NCBI RefSeq assembly: GCF_964204645.1 | Contig: NC_134035.1 | Span: 10,696,451 to 10,760,450, forward strand | DNA: 64,000 bases | Reading direction: 5' to 3' | DNA from: Tubulanus polymorphus | Taxonomy: Eukaryota > Animalia > Nemertea | Shown here: positions 25,082 to 36,200 of the stretch, piece after piece | Layout of the letters: each line of letters begins with the position of its first letter | Position numbering within the stretch: position 1 is the stretch's first letter | Notes under the pieces: generated by a model | Told to the model about the DNA's origin: nothing | Databases searched by the model: none | What the model saw: the letters and a program-made list of their open reading frames with translations, nothing else | Made by a program: the position numbers and the translations under genes

Positions 25082-27916
25082 TCAGTTAGCACTCAGGAGA
25101 CGGAGTTTCATCGAACCAGATAGTCCACTGGATGAGGAAACACTATGTCCGAGCGCTTTACCAGTGGTTCTTCCACTGGTTCCACTCCCAGCTGGTGCGA
25201 TGACAAATACTCCGCTCGAAGTTTCATTATGCGTAGAATGATTTGAATTCGATCGAACATTATCAGCGATATTTGATGTCAAACCCTGTAATCCGACCGT
25301 CCCATACATGCTACTGTTAGATGAAGATGAATTGTAAATGTTGTTGAAATTACTTGAATTCTTACTCCAATTTCCTGTGTTATCAATACTCATGTAGCCG
25401 CCATACCCGTTTAAACTTATGTTCGACGATCCACTGCTTTGGTTATGTTTTCCGTTTCGCATCGACGGAAATGTAGGGTCTGATGGGATGTTGTTACCCA
25501 CCAGGCCGGTAGACGCTTTGCTACTTTTCCGTGCAAGGTAATTTCCGAATATTGTTCTTGATTCATTTGAAGATATGCGATTCGAAATATCTAGTTGACC
25601 TAATCCAGCAAACAGCTTTCCTTTGCTTCCAGATGAATTCGAGCTTCGGCCCAAACTGTAGAAACGGTTTCTTCCAGCCAAACTTTCGCGACCATTACCT
25701 AATTCATTGACAACATTTGATCGCTTATCGTTAACGTATACATCGAGACTTCCACTCGCATTTCGACTTTGTGATATATTTTGAGAAGAGATTTTAAATT
25801 TAGATTTTATTCTCAAATCATTGTTCGTATTGGATTTAAAGAATTTCCCAAGTATGTGTGAGCCGGCCTCTTTGCTTGTTCTCGAGCCCCAAGAGCCGCC
25901 AAGACCTCCTATTGTTGATGATCCATTCGTCGCTGAACTCTTAGTGTCAACTGTAGGAAAACCACTCGGTAATGTTGGTTTTCCTGATATCATTTCAGAC
26001 TGATCTTGTATTGAAGAAGAAACAGTTAAACTACCTTTATCAGATGTCTCTGTAGCCGGGGAGATTGTGGTTGAGGTGAATATATCGGTTTTAGGCCGAG
26101 TCGTGATGGATGATATCAGCCCAACTATCTTTGACCGAGAAGTGGCTGTTGCTGTAACTAGACCGGTAGTTACGGAGCCAGTAGTACTGGTAGAGATTAT
26201 CTCTGCATCCTTCGAGACTGTATTCGATTGCACGGTGCTCGTTGAAGTCCAATCCTGCAACGTAGCTCTATTTGTAGGCCGATTAGATGTATCCGTATAT
26301 ACTGTACCGGTCGTCGTCCTAGTCTTTGAACTAGTTGGATTATTTGTTGACGTAAAGACATTCGCTTCGCTGGACGAACTGGCCGGAGATGCTGTATTTG
26401 ACACATATACTACAGACTTAGTCGTAATTGTTTCGGGTATACGAGGTGAAGTAACTAATTTAGCGTTGTACTTCGGAGACTCATGTGATTTAGTCGTGGA
26501 CACAGTCGTGGCACTGAGTGAGGTCTTGCGAGGCATTGCGGTCGTCGAAGTCCTATAGTTATTATGGGCAGTACTCTTCGATGATGCGGTAGTAGTAGTA
26601 AGCATTTCAGAGGATGTAGCTGCTCTGGATGAAAATAAATGAGGTTCAGTTAGTTTCAAAGGCGATGATTCGTAGGGCTTTGTTGTAGATTCCGACTGAA
26701 AATCGATTGGTGACGCGCTATAGGAAGAAGTCCAAGCTGTCGATGTCATGCGTGTTGAATGACCGCTTGATGAACTCGTCGGAGTAGCAGACGTGGAGGT
26801 GCGTGTCGTAGAATACGATTCAGTACTCGACGATCTAACCGTTATACCAGAAGTCGATGTTCTAGGTATTTTTGAAGTGCTTGTTGTGAAAATGATCGTT
26901 GGCTTCGATGGCTTATTGTCACTGGATTTTGTTTGAAATTCATTGACCTTTGTCAGTGTTGGTGTATCGGGAAAAGGTGTAGTTGTTTTAGCCATACGTG
27001 CACTAGATGCTGATGTAGGCTGGGTATTTCTTGGTCTCCAGGAAGACCAAGCTGCATTTGTCCGGTAACGATAAAAAGGAGACGTCGTTGCATCTGCTTT
27101 GGAACGATATTTCCGGCCGTTCAAAATGGACATGAAATCCACGTTTACGCCTACATAACTATTGCTACTGGTCATCCGACGGCTTAACTCACCGAGAATG
27201 CGCTTGCTAATTCTAATAGAAATGTAGTTCAACATATCTTCTATCATTAACTGTAAAGTCGCCATGAGTCGCTTTGCTTCGCCTTTTCTTCTACAGAATT
27301 TTCTCATCGGGAATCTAGAGCGCAAGTATTCTGTGTAACTGTCAGTCATCTGTAACAGATTGTCGACGGGTCGAATGGATACGAATTCATCTAGGTACGA
27401 ATACCGACTGGTCAGTAGATCACCGTTCCTCAGGAAAACGTTCAAATCGAAATGTTCAAATCCGTGATCTGTTTTGGGTTTATTCCTTTTTCCGTCAAAA
27501 TCGTTGCCGACATGGCCACCAGGAGAGAATTTCTTGTGGAGGCCTTTGGTAACATCAACGTTAGCGCTTTTGTATGAACCGAAATTGAATTTGTAACCTG
27601 TTTTCCATCTATGCCTGCTATCAGCCTTGCTGCCGGATTTGGCAATAAACCGAGCATAGTACGGATGATCGTTGGATGAATCATCATTTTTCAATTGCCA
27701 CTGAAACGGTTCTCCGTCATCGTTATCGCCTTCGGATTTCTTCACGACCGCCACGTCAAATCGTCCATGTCTAAAACCTCCGATTTTCTTCGCAAACTGT
27801 TGAAAGTAGTTCTGTCTCACCTTGAACAACTGATTTATGGATAGACCAAGTTCGAACGACGCGAATAACAACAAAAACGTCGTCTTAGTTACCAGCAATA
27901 TCGACGCCGACGCCAT
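25082..27916 (-). CDS. Single-exon 944-aa secreted Ser/Thr-rich mucin-like protein of unknown family
   Basis: Uninterrupted 2.8-kb ORF in AT-rich DNA. Hydrophobic N-terminus (ILLVTKTTFLLLFASFELGLS), central T/S/P-rich tract, G/S/N-rich C-terminus. A pyrimidine tract plus CAG acceptor lies 8 nt before the ATG. Confidence 0.8.
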   Translation of the reverse strand: MASASILLVTKTTFLLLFASFELGLSINQLFKVRQNYFQQFAKKIGGFRHGRFDVAVVKKSEGDNDDGEPFQWQLKNDDSSNDHPYYARFIAKSGSKADSRHRWKTGYKFNFGSYKSANVDVTKGLHKKFSPGGHVGNDFDGKRNKPKTDHGFEHFDLNVFLRNGDLLTSRYSYLDEFVSIRPVDNLLQMTDSYTEYLRSRFPMRKFCRRKGEAKRLMATLQLMIEDMLNYISIRISKRILGELSRRMTSSNSYVGVNVDFMSILNGRKYRSKADATTSPFYRYRTNAAWSSWRPRNTQPTSASSARMAKTTTPFPDTPTLTKVNEFQTKSSDNKPSKPTIIFTTSTSKIPRTSTSGITVRSSSTESYSTTRTSTSATPTSSSSGHSTRMTSTAWTSSYSASPIDFQSESTTKPYESSPLKLTEPHLFSSRAATSSEMLTTTTASSKSTAHNNYRTSTTAMPRKTSLSATTVSTTKSHESPKYNAKLVTSPRIPETITTKSVVYVSNTASPASSSSEANVFTSTNNPTSSKTRTTTGTVYTDTSNRPTNRATLQDWTSTSTVQSNTVSKDAEIISTSTTGSVTTGLVTATATSRSKIVGLISSITTRPKTDIFTSTTISPATETSDKGSLTVSSSIQDQSEMISGKPTLPSGFPTVDTKSSATNGSSTIGGLGGSWGSRTSKEAGSHILGKFFKSNTNNDLRIKSKFKISSQNISQSRNASGSLDVYVNDKRSNVVNELGNGRESLAGRNRFYSLGRSSNSSGSKGKLFAGLGQLDISNRISSNESRTIFGNYLARKSSKASTGLVGNNIPSDPTFPSMRNGKHNQSSGSSNISLNGYGGYMSIDNTGNWSKNSSNFNNIYNSSSSNSSMYGTVGLQGLTSNIADNVRSNSNHSTHNETSSGVFVIAPAGSGTSGRTTGKALGHSVSSSSGLSGSMKLRLLSAN

Positions 27917-29181
27917 TGAATAATCTGGAGATAAACGAAACGAAATAATATTAGGCTCAGGTTTGACTTCTTTAAAAATTTGTAAACTCGCAATTTCTTA
28001 CGCACGAATAACCGAAACGTGTGACAGAATAAATTTGAAAAACTAAGTATCGCGCGGATAAAAAGACAAAGAAACGACTGCATCGGCGAAAGCGCTGGAT
28101 TTACCGTCACTTATTCCCACAAAGTTGCTATAAATCTTCAACCACTGTACCAGCCCATTTTGAGAATACGTAATATTGTGAGCAAAACCTTAGAATTCAT
28201 TTGAACACGCGTAAAAACAAATATTCTTCGACGTGCGTTGTAAATTTGTGCATTGAAACGACTATTTCTGGTTATAGACGACCAGCCGCAACAAGTCGTT
28301 TTATCGCACGTTCAGAGATTTTACTGATGAGAAAACTGCAACATTGTGGATTATTTTCATACATATTTCGAAAAAACCACAATCGTATTTCGATTTGAAG
28401 CATTAGATTATGCTCTTCTTCTCAACTTACAGGTGATTATACATGTAAATAGCATCCAGATATTGAATACTCACATGTTTAAAGCCTTCCTTTTTGACTT
28501 CCAACTGTTTCAACTTTTATCTTGAACAGTCGACGGACGAATCAATTTCCTCTTCGTACCACCGGAAAAATGAGTCGGTCAAATTGACCCAGCTGCCTAC
28601 TCGAACAAAATAATTTCATATTCAATCGCAGTCAAGATTCAAGTCAAAAACTCAATCAAGATCTGGCAGCTGTAGAATCAAAAACATCAAAGCAGCGAAA
28701 CTAAAAAGGAATCCTGTTGACAAAAAAGAATCAACTAACGCAAAGGTTGCAGAAAGTATCATACAAAATTAGCAATCTCTATTTCACAATGATTCTCTAT
28801 TAACGATTTCAGGATTTAAACGTAGCAAATACCCGTTTGTAAATACAATATAAGTCCTTTATATCGCGACTGCTGGTACCGATGAAAGACATCGAGTCTT
28901 AATGATTTGGTGGTACAAAGAATAATCATATTTCCATTGAATTTGAGATAACTCTGAGCAATGTTGATATTAATGATGAATAATAACAATAAACATTTGT
29001 AGACCACACTACATTGCGTCTCAGTGCGGTTAAAAATAATAATTGGGCTACAAAAATACATTTAAACTGCTTAAATGTAGGCGTTTAAGTGAGCAACGGC
29101 TTTAAAGAAAGCACGGCGTATATCTGACTTTTGATGCACATAAAAAGAGGTATATAAATGTGTTCAAACCACGGACACCTT

Positions 29182-30597
29182 TCAGGTCACAATCGACGAC
29201 ATTGGTAACGATTCTTGCCTCGTCGAATGATTGTGTTGAACGAGCCAAAAATCGTCCAGAATCCGCGACGAAACACTTTCGACGCAAGTGTAACGTAGGT
29301 GCGTATCGTTGACCACTGCTAAACGCCCGAAGCTCTCAACACCGGCGACGGCGGATCTGAACGCCGACCATTCCGGTTTCGGGTTTACGGCGTCTTCGAA
29401 TACGTCCAAAAAGAACCACACAGCCGGTGAACCGTTGACGATATGAACGGGAGCTTTCGCGTCGACGTAGCTGTGACCGTACACGCTGAAATTGTAAACG
29501 GGCCACGATCGTTCGTACGAGTGCTCGTGACCGCTGACGATCAGGTCGACTCCCTGTTCGAAGAATAACCTCTCGACGCTCTCTCGAATGGCTGTTTGCA
29601 GACTGGAACAGTTCGTTTCGGGATTGATATAGTTCGAACAGTAGAGCGGTCGATGCCCGAATACTACTATCCACGGCCGCTGTTTGCGGTTCAGATTCGC
29701 TTTTTGTAAATCTTTGCGTAACCAGTCGTGCTGCTGTTTGATGTAGTGCGGTTGAAATTGGTACAGTTCCGTGTCGTAGAAAACAAAATGCGTTTTACCG
29801 AGATCGAAACTGTATCGCATTTCTCCCGTCGGAATCGGCCATTTCACGCCGGGCAAACTGAATCGATGTCGATAGTGTTTAAACAGCGATTGGTTTTCGT
29901 GATTGCCGGGAATCGTCAGGTATAACAGCTGGGACACGAGTGGCTCCATCTTGCGCATGAACGAGTCACCGTTCGGTTCGATATTATAGGCGATATCTCC
30001 CAGGTGTAGCACGGCGTCGTACGCTATCGATCGAAGTTGATATTCGTTCGTTAAAGCCTGCACGGTTTTTGAATGCACGCCGATGTCGCTGCCCACGAGT
30101 AAATTAACGATAGAATCGGCCGCGTTGTTAAACGTCCTGAACTGAAATACCGGCGAAGAATATCGATCCACGACCACTTTGTAGAAGTATATCGCGCCGG
30201 GAAGCAGTTTAGTCAATTCACATCTGTAAACATACGGAATGAAATACCCGGAATTGATCGAGTCTTCGATTTCTATCGTAACGGCTCGACATCTAGCTTC
30301 AAAACGCGCCGACTGCCTGCCGAACATAACGTATCCGCTACTGTCGATACGGCTCGTCCACATCACTACGACCTCGCTGTAATCAGAACCGGGTGAGATT
30401 CGGATTTGTTCCGGCCGCCCATCGACCAAACGTCGCAGAAGCTGTTTGCGATGTATCGCCGGCGCTAAATACCAGAGTAGAAACGTGCCGATTATAACGG
30501 CGATTATCACCAGTAACTTACGCGCGTACCTGCACGAGATGTAGTCATTGTTTTTAGTGTCCTGCCCGTCGGAAGAGATGACTTGATGTGGTGGCAT
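29182..30597 (-). CDS. ACP7: Purple acid phosphatase, ACP7/PAPL-like, intronless, with N-terminal membrane anchor (471 aa)
   Basis: All five purple acid phosphatase metal-ligand motifs in order: SDIG (DxG), GDIAY (GDxxY), GNHE, VFGH, GHEH. PEQI...V.W.T FN3-like N-domain and C-terminal APVHIVNG...WSAFR...FGRL.V.N.THL. TM segment LLVIIAVIIGTFLLWYL. Confidence 0.9.
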   Translation of the reverse strand: MPPHQVISSDGQDTKNNDYISCRYARKLLVIIAVIIGTFLLWYLAPAIHRKQLLRRLVDGRPEQIRISPGSDYSEVVVMWTSRIDSSGYVMFGRQSARFEARCRAVTIEIEDSINSGYFIPYVYRCELTKLLPGAIYFYKVVVDRYSSPVFQFRTFNNAADSIVNLLVGSDIGVHSKTVQALTNEYQLRSIAYDAVLHLGDIAYNIEPNGDSFMRKMEPLVSQLLYLTIPGNHENQSLFKHYRHRFSLPGVKWPIPTGEMRYSFDLGKTHFVFYDTELYQFQPHYIKQQHDWLRKDLQKANLNRKQRPWIVVFGHRPLYCSNYINPETNCSSLQTAIRESVERLFFEQGVDLIVSGHEHSYERSWPVYNFSVYGHSYVDAKAPVHIVNGSPAVWFFLDVFEDAVNPKPEWSAFRSAVAGVESFGRLAVVNDTHLRYTCVESVSSRILDDFWLVQHNHSTRQESLPMSSIVT

Positions 30598-30733
30598 CGT
30601 TTATACACTACTGTTTCCTATATGCACTGATATAGCGCCTGTTTCAGTCCTAGTGAATATAGTTGATGTGGTGGCATCGTTTATACACTACTGTTTCCTA
30701 TGCACTGATATAGCGCCTGTTTCAGTCCTAGTG
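30583..30733. repeat. Tandem duplication (80-bp period) spanning the ACP7 start codon
   Basis: TTGATGTGGTGGCATCGTTTATACACTACTGTTTCCTA(TA)TGCACTGATATAGCGCCTGTTTCAGTCCTAGTG occurs twice. Confidence 0.9.
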
Positions 30734-32278
30734 TTTAAAGTTGAATTGATCGATCAGTCTCGCCAGCCGCTGCGGGCGATTCATTCACAGATGTCGTCGC
30801 TTTTTACCGGGATAAACTAAAACATTTGTGTCAAGCAACATGCACGGTTATATGGCCTACATTCCATACTCAACAACGTGTTTCGGACCGTTGGGTTTGT
30901 TGGTTTGCTTCAGAGCTTTTGGATAATTATGTTTCTTTCCGCTTCTGTGATCCTGATTTCACGGTTTGAGTATTTCCGGGTTCAATGTACGTGCATTTCT
31001 GTTCAGTTGGGTTTGTGACTGCGTGGCGGTTTGGTCACTGCAGTGTTTCGTTACATAAAGGAGCGGAATAAATTGTAAGTTGGTTGGTTTCCTCTGTTTC
31101 CGTCCAATTTAATTGATTTTGATAATTACAACAATATTCTGTAAACCTTAATGTTTGTAATTTGTATTGCAGTTAACGGTTATATTCTAATAAACCAGTA
31201 AAAATTGTCCGCGTATTCCGTCGTTGGTTTTTGGATTCTTCCTCGGACACAACGTGCCAATTGCCATTCTATATATGCGGGTAAACACGGATTGTCTTCG
31301 CATGCAGTGACTGACTGCAGCGGTAGCTATATTTAGAAGTAACTGCGTTGTTTAACTACCGAATATGGAGCTTCTGTTTACTCAAGATAGCGCGCTATAT
31401 ATTGCAATGTAATCAATGATTATCAACTATCCAGAAATCAAACCGCTCCCTACTTCCCTATTGCAGTCTATGACCTCGTAAAATAAACATACAACATTTA
31501 GAGTTCATGAAATTGGAGGCCTATTTATATAAACTGTTTTTTTCTTATCATCCTTCTTTTTGTAAGGGACAACACTGCTCGTCTGCGCTGAGCCATAAGC
31601 GGTAAGAAATCGTAAGAATATTATTGTCAGTTACTACGTAATGTAAACTTCCTTTACACTTTTGAATCATATTGCACTAAACTATCAAGAATTGAATTAT
31701 TATGAATGATCACTGTCAATGACTATTTTGACTGTATTCAACATTATCCATCGATAAAGATGAAAAATCATAAACGCTACTTGCGCTTTTAAGCACAGAA
31801 CATTTCAAAAACATATTAATTTCCTAATCTTTACCTTAAGTTAATCATATATCAGCTGTAAAGCTTGTTCGTTTGTCGATAATGGAAGCACGAATTAGCA
31901 ATAGGTATCTTTGAATTAATTCGTTTTCTATATATTTGATTATATTGGTTGATCGATGTTTTCTACGATATATTTCAAGAAGACTTATTGATTGGTATTG
32001 CTTTTGTTTCAATACATATCGGTCTAAATATGTGTCAAGGCATTGAAAGACGTGCTTCGATACATCTTTGTAATCTCCAAGGCTGTCATCGAAGCCTGTT
32101 ACGACAAGTCAAAGGCCTCTGTAAACTGCTATTCTTTTAATTTTCGAATTCAGATACATGTAATAGATCTGTAACGAGTTGATTCTATTCGTCGTAAATC
32201 CAATCGATATCGTGCAGGAAACCTATAGTTTAGGTTCTAACTTATTTTCTGCAACGCAACGTGATAAAAAAATTTATT

Positions 32279-32324
32279 GTTCCTCTGAAGATGAGGTTTA
32301 GTTTGACCTCGAAACTGCAAGGAA
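32279..32324 (+). ncRNA. Hammerhead ribozyme-like motif (degenerate cleavage site)
   Basis: TTCCT-CTGAAGA-T-GAGGT-TTAGTTTG-ACCTC-GAAA-CTGCA-AGGAA followed by AATAAA. Stems I and II pair. Confidence 0.55.
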
Positions 32325-33242
32325 ATAAACCGTTTCTACAAATCTAATGTGGGTTTTTATTCGTTAACTGTACTATATATTTATATCAGTTCGCTACAGA
32401 CAGTTAACACTATTCTTCCCCGTCGCTAGGCTGATAAAGATTGCACTCATCACTGCTAGAAAATTGATTTTTACTCACGTTAGAGCAATGCAGCCAACAA
32501 AATTATAAATTTTGAGTTTAAAAAGTCGGCTTTTTGAACTCGAAATGTCGTCTTACTCAAAAGTCGTAAAGTCGATGTTGTTGGCCATATTGCTCTTCCG
32601 TATAATAGCAGACTGATTGAAACGATAAGATTTTATCATGATACGTACGTCTAGTTTATTATCAAATAAAAAGTATTTAGAACTACAATGACGTGATCTA
32701 TCTTATTAAAGAATATGGATTAATAAGTGTCTTTTGCATCCTACAGTTTTATTTACAAATCATATAATGGTCGCTGATAACGGCCACAAACGCATTTCAA
32801 ATTCGGAAGAAAATGCGGTTCAAAAGAAAATTTGAAAGAAAATTTTTCAGCACTCACATCTTCTATGTCCTGAAAACAACTTGAAGGATTCGAAAGCATT
32901 TTTCAGTTGTTTAGAGGGCCTGAAACTTGTATTCAGTGCGTCCTGAAAACAGCTTTTTCAAGACCTTCTGAAATCAACTTCTAGGCCCTGAAAAGAACTT
33001 TAGTTGTCTTCAGCACCTCTGAAAACAATGGCCCAAACAAGACTTGTAATCGTGCGCTTACTTGGAATGTCATTGTATCTTGGGGTTGTAATCACTAATA
33101 ATTTCATTTCAGGTTAAAGTTGTTTCCTTGACTAACAAATTGTTTTGTGGACCAGAAAATCTTATTACAACAACCAACATTATTCTTCAAATCAATTTGA
33201 GATTTTGTGGCCCAAATTAGCCACCATATCGACCGATAACGT

Positions 33243-36200
33243 TTAGTAGATCAAAAACGATAAATCAAAAACTACAACGACAAATAAGAAAATTACGAAC
33301 AACAGTCTTTCCAGAACGATATTAGCCGTATCGTAAAACGTGTCGTGCAATGTACTGGTGGGTGTCGTGGTCGGTGAACTGCTGGAGATTTCGCGGTCTT
33401 CGCCCAACTGATCGTCATCGTCCGCGCCGTCCGGAGCTAAACGACGAACTCGAATATCTGCCGTATCACGCCTGACCAACAACAACTTCTCCAAACACTC
33501 GGTAACCTATTTCAAAAAAGTACTATGAAAAACAACAACTACCTACACATTTATAGAGTTTATTGCGAATTAAAAGGCGGGCGTAGGTCGGCTTTACGAC
33601 TGCAAGCTACTCGTAATCGACCGACGCACCCTCACGACCATTACGAACACCAGCGATACCTTGTGCACTGCCATCATATTATACTTTCCGCGATGTTTGC
33701 GGCCGTCTTTCTGAGTCGCAACATATTCTCCTTTTGTAACTGAAGCCCAACGCACCCGACGCACGGAAACACGGAAGAATTCTTTCCCGAAACAATGTTA
33801 CCCGCGTTTCTCGTAGACGCACACGACTCCGGAAAACGCACGGAAACATTATGTCTGTCTCCAGCTCCAGTGTTTCCCTGCGTCGTGTGCGTTGGGCTCG
33901 ACAGCTGACGAACACGTCACAGTCGACCTACGCACCCGTATCGCGATGCAGCTTAGAAATAAAAAGAAGTTCATTACCTGCTGAAAAGATCTTGGCGGTG
34001 GCGATGTAAAGCTGATCCGCGCTGCCGATGACGTCAGGTGAGCAATCAAATAAGCAATCACAGTCAGCAACATCGAAGATACATAGTAAACATCTAGAAT
34101 TAAACATCATTTTATTTACTTGAAAACCACGAATGTAGACTATAAATTTTCTGACTGACACATCATCACTTTACGTCGTCACAATTAGTAGAAGATATGA
34201 ATGAATTCGAAGTGTCCAAAAACATCTTCATGAAAAAAAATATATGTATAAAATCTTAGAGGTGTTCGTGGAGCCTCGTTCGCCTTGGCTTTCTACGTTG
34301 ATCAATAAATGACACGATAAGCATAAACTCGATTTAGAAAAAGGTCTCATACGACAGTCCGATAATCACAGTCAAATCTAATTCAGCCTCGTAGTTAGGA
34401 GGATCGTTATGTCGATGATATAATGATGACTCATACTGCATTTAATATTTCCTTTGAAATGGTGTATTAATTAAGTTAATCAAGCAAGGGACTGCAGAGC
34501 TATTTGATATTCAATCAATACTTATGTTTTAAAAATGAGCGAAAATTATCGCAACAATGGGGACCTCGAGGGACCACCACAAAATGGCGCCTAGAAACTT
34601 TTTTATCAGTAAATTGGAAATACTACTTCGGACACACAGACCGGCTTCAATGATGCGACAACTCATCCCATGACGTGGGAGTTGAGACTGCACTCACGTA
34701 TAATCGGAGGTTCACCAGTCGCTGTTAGTTCTTTGTCCGCCCACCATCGAGTATCACGAGGAAACGACTTCATGCTCATCATAAACAGGAACAGGTAAAT
34801 GAGTATCATTCCGACAACTGTAACATGAACAGGTAAATGAGTATCATTCCAACAACTGTAACAGGAACAGGTAAATGAGTAGCATTCCAACAACTGTAAC
34901 ATGAACAGGTAAATGAGTATCATTCCAACAACTGTAACAGGAACAGGTAAATGAGTATCATTCCAACAACTGTAACAGGAACAGGTAAATGAGTATCATT
35001 CCAACATCTGTAACAGGAACAGGTAAATGAGTATCATTCCAACAACTGTAACAGGAACAGGTAAATGAGTATCATTCCAACAACTGTAACAGGAACAGGT
35101 AAATGAGTATCATTCCAACAACTGTAACAGGAACAGGTAAATGAGTATCATTCCAACAACTGTAACAGGAACAGGTAAATGAGTATCATTCCAACAACTG
35201 TAACAGGAACAGGTAAATGAGTATCATTCCAACAACTGTAACAGGAACAGGTAAATGAGTATCATTCCAACAACTGTAACAGGAACAGGTAAATGAGTAT
35301 CATTCCAACAACTGTAACAGGAACAGGTAAATGAGTATCATTCCAACATCTGTAACAGGAACAGGTAAATGAGTATCATTCCAACAACTGTAACAGGAAC
35401 AGGTAAATGAGTATCATTCCAACAACTGTAACAGGAACAGGTAAATGAGTATCATTCCAACAACTGTAACAGGAACAGGTAAATGAGTATCATTCCAACA
35501 ACTGTAACAGGAACAGGTAAATGAGTATCATTCCAACAACTGTAACAGGAACAGGTAAATGAGTATCATTCCAACAACTGTAACATGAACAGGTAAATGA
35601 GTATCATTCCAACAACTGTAACAGGAACAGGTAAATGAGTATCATTCCAACAACTGTAACAGGAACAGGTAAATGAGTATCATTCCAACAACTGTAACGA
35701 ATCATACACAATCAACAATATCAATTATTCGCCATAGTCGAATTTTTCTTCTGGATGAATTTGAGCGTGTATGTGATTGTGTGATTGTAGCAAAGTGTGT
35801 TGAGGTGACCCTTTTTACAAGCATTTTGTTTCGATTATTATTATACGATCATAACAGAATATTCAATCCATCGTCAACATCTGATATCTAAATAAATGCT
35901 AATGATCATTTTGATTTGTTATACGTGATGACAAACAACGATACGTTAATTTCATAAGAATGTTGCATTTAATCGATTAAAATCGCTCCTTAATCTTCCA
36001 AAAATCTTAATATTAATGCCAGAATTAGGTCGCCTCTGACCCAAACTCATCTCGGCGGTATCCTCCCTCGGCAGCCGTGGTTGATGCCATCAGGTTCGAA
36101 TCCTTGCCGAGGAAGGATGTTCGGTGGGCGACAAACAAACTCTCGGGCAAGTGAGGATGATACCTGTTATGTGACGAGCTGCAACACCGCGGCCACGAAA

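Noticed and set aside
26067-26558. 163-aa Val-rich plus-strand ORF
   Set aside because: Antisense shadow of the Thr-rich region of the 944-aa gene.
34784-35698. CRISPR-like array (38-bp repeats)
   Set aside because: Units are head-to-tail with no spacers, the context is eukaryotic, and there are no cas genes.
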